DNA of 64,000 nt, the filler included, from Dimargaris cristalligena (Eukaryota), in the NCBI GenBank assembly GCA_003614675.1. It is 7 parts of 7 records of this genome, joined end to end, with 100 filler letters (N's around TTAATTAATTAA, not from the genome) between each part and the next. Parts side by side here need not be neighbours in the genome. Positions count along the whole stretch, not along the records: positions 56,106 to 64,000 come from ML003379.1; 6 more parts are not named here. One strand, given 5' to 3'. Shown piece by piece: positions 63,300 to 64,000 of this stretch. A program made the position numbers and the translations under genes. Positions within the stretch are counted from its first letter, which is position 1, and every line of letters starts with the position of its first letter. The notes under the pieces are model-generated. The model searched no databases and had not been told where the DNA came from. It saw only the letters and a list, made by a program, of their open reading frames with translations.

Positions 63300-63890
63300 T
63301 AGATGATCAAGCAGCATCAAAACCATACTCAGCTTTGTGGTTCTTACTTGTCCTAGGCTATTTGGTAACAGAGAAGACACCCTCCAGGGCAGCCCCATCC
63401 TGTGAGATCAACCGAATAGATTTTGGAGTACTACTTTTATTTTTGGTAAGAGGCTGCTCCTATTGTATGTGAGTCAGTTTACCCTAACATTATTGGTGAT
63501 AAATATAACCCACTCTCAGAGGATACCATACCACCCTTATCTCTAAATAATAGAGCTGAAAGGTTCTTGAGGGGGGCTCATTATCAAACCATTATATATA
63601 TCCTCCTACCTTAAAGGGTTGAATAATTTTGATAATTTCACTACTGCAACTGCCCAAAGGGGACAACTGTCCTAAGGATATAGAAGTAACCTGACCTCTC
63701 TATCACCCAAGTTTACCACTCTTAGTCCATCAAGAGTCTAGAGGATAGGCTTCTCATAGTAGGTAGGGCTTAGGCTTAGCTGAGCAGGCTACTAGTGGCA
63801 GGTACATGGTACAGTACTAACTAATATAGGCTATAGCAGATATATGTAAGGGGCATACAGAAAACACACTTATTAGTTAATATAGGGGGT
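63300..63890 (-). pseudogene. Decayed coding relic in a CpG-depleted tract; includes the repeat shared with 20655-20843
   Basis: Minus-strand reads PAQLSLSPTYYEKPIL*TLDGLRVVNLGDREV and PKSIRLISQDGAALEGVFSVTK*PRTSKNHKAEYGFDAA*, broken by TAG/TGA. Confidence 0.5.
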
Positions 63891-64000
63891 GTAAAGAACT
63901 GAACTCAAATCCTTGAAAACTGAACTTTATTCAAAAAGATAGGTGATAAAAAGGGAAAGGTGATGATGGACTTGCTGTTCCAATAGGTGGCAGCAAGGGG

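Overview
Eukaryotic (fungal) nuclear DNA, not one continuous locus. Seven unrelated contigs are joined by artificial 100-bp linkers (N44-TTAATTAATTAA-N44). The five complete contigs decrease in length (9275, 9260, 9255, 9243, 9199 bp), so adjacency across linkers has no biological meaning. Genes are GC-rich and intron-poor with GT-AG introns. Gene style suggests an early-diverging fungus (e.g. Zoopagomycota), which I cannot confirm from sequence alone. Recognisable genes: PPWD1-type WD40-cyclophilin, secreted RNase T2, NFS1 (partial), intron-containing tRNA-Ser(UGA), an APC amino-acid permease, RPB5, WDR55/JIP5, COG1 (partial), Spp2-type G-patch protein (partial) and a Bub1 kinase. Most interesting observations: (1) an orphan N-anchored membrane protein ending in the BNIP3/NIX-like LIR SEDSWVEL, a candidate selective-autophagy receptor; (2) a secreted protein with an F-box-like segment, a candidate SCF-hijacking effector; (3) a >3000-aa acidic ~10-residue-repeat protein; (4) an Aco2-type aconitase whose apparent first exon lies on the opposite strand from exon 2, with the rest missing; (5) CpG-depleted decayed repeat/gene families suggesting C-to-T mutational silencing. 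No CRISPR array, rRNA or intact transposon was found.
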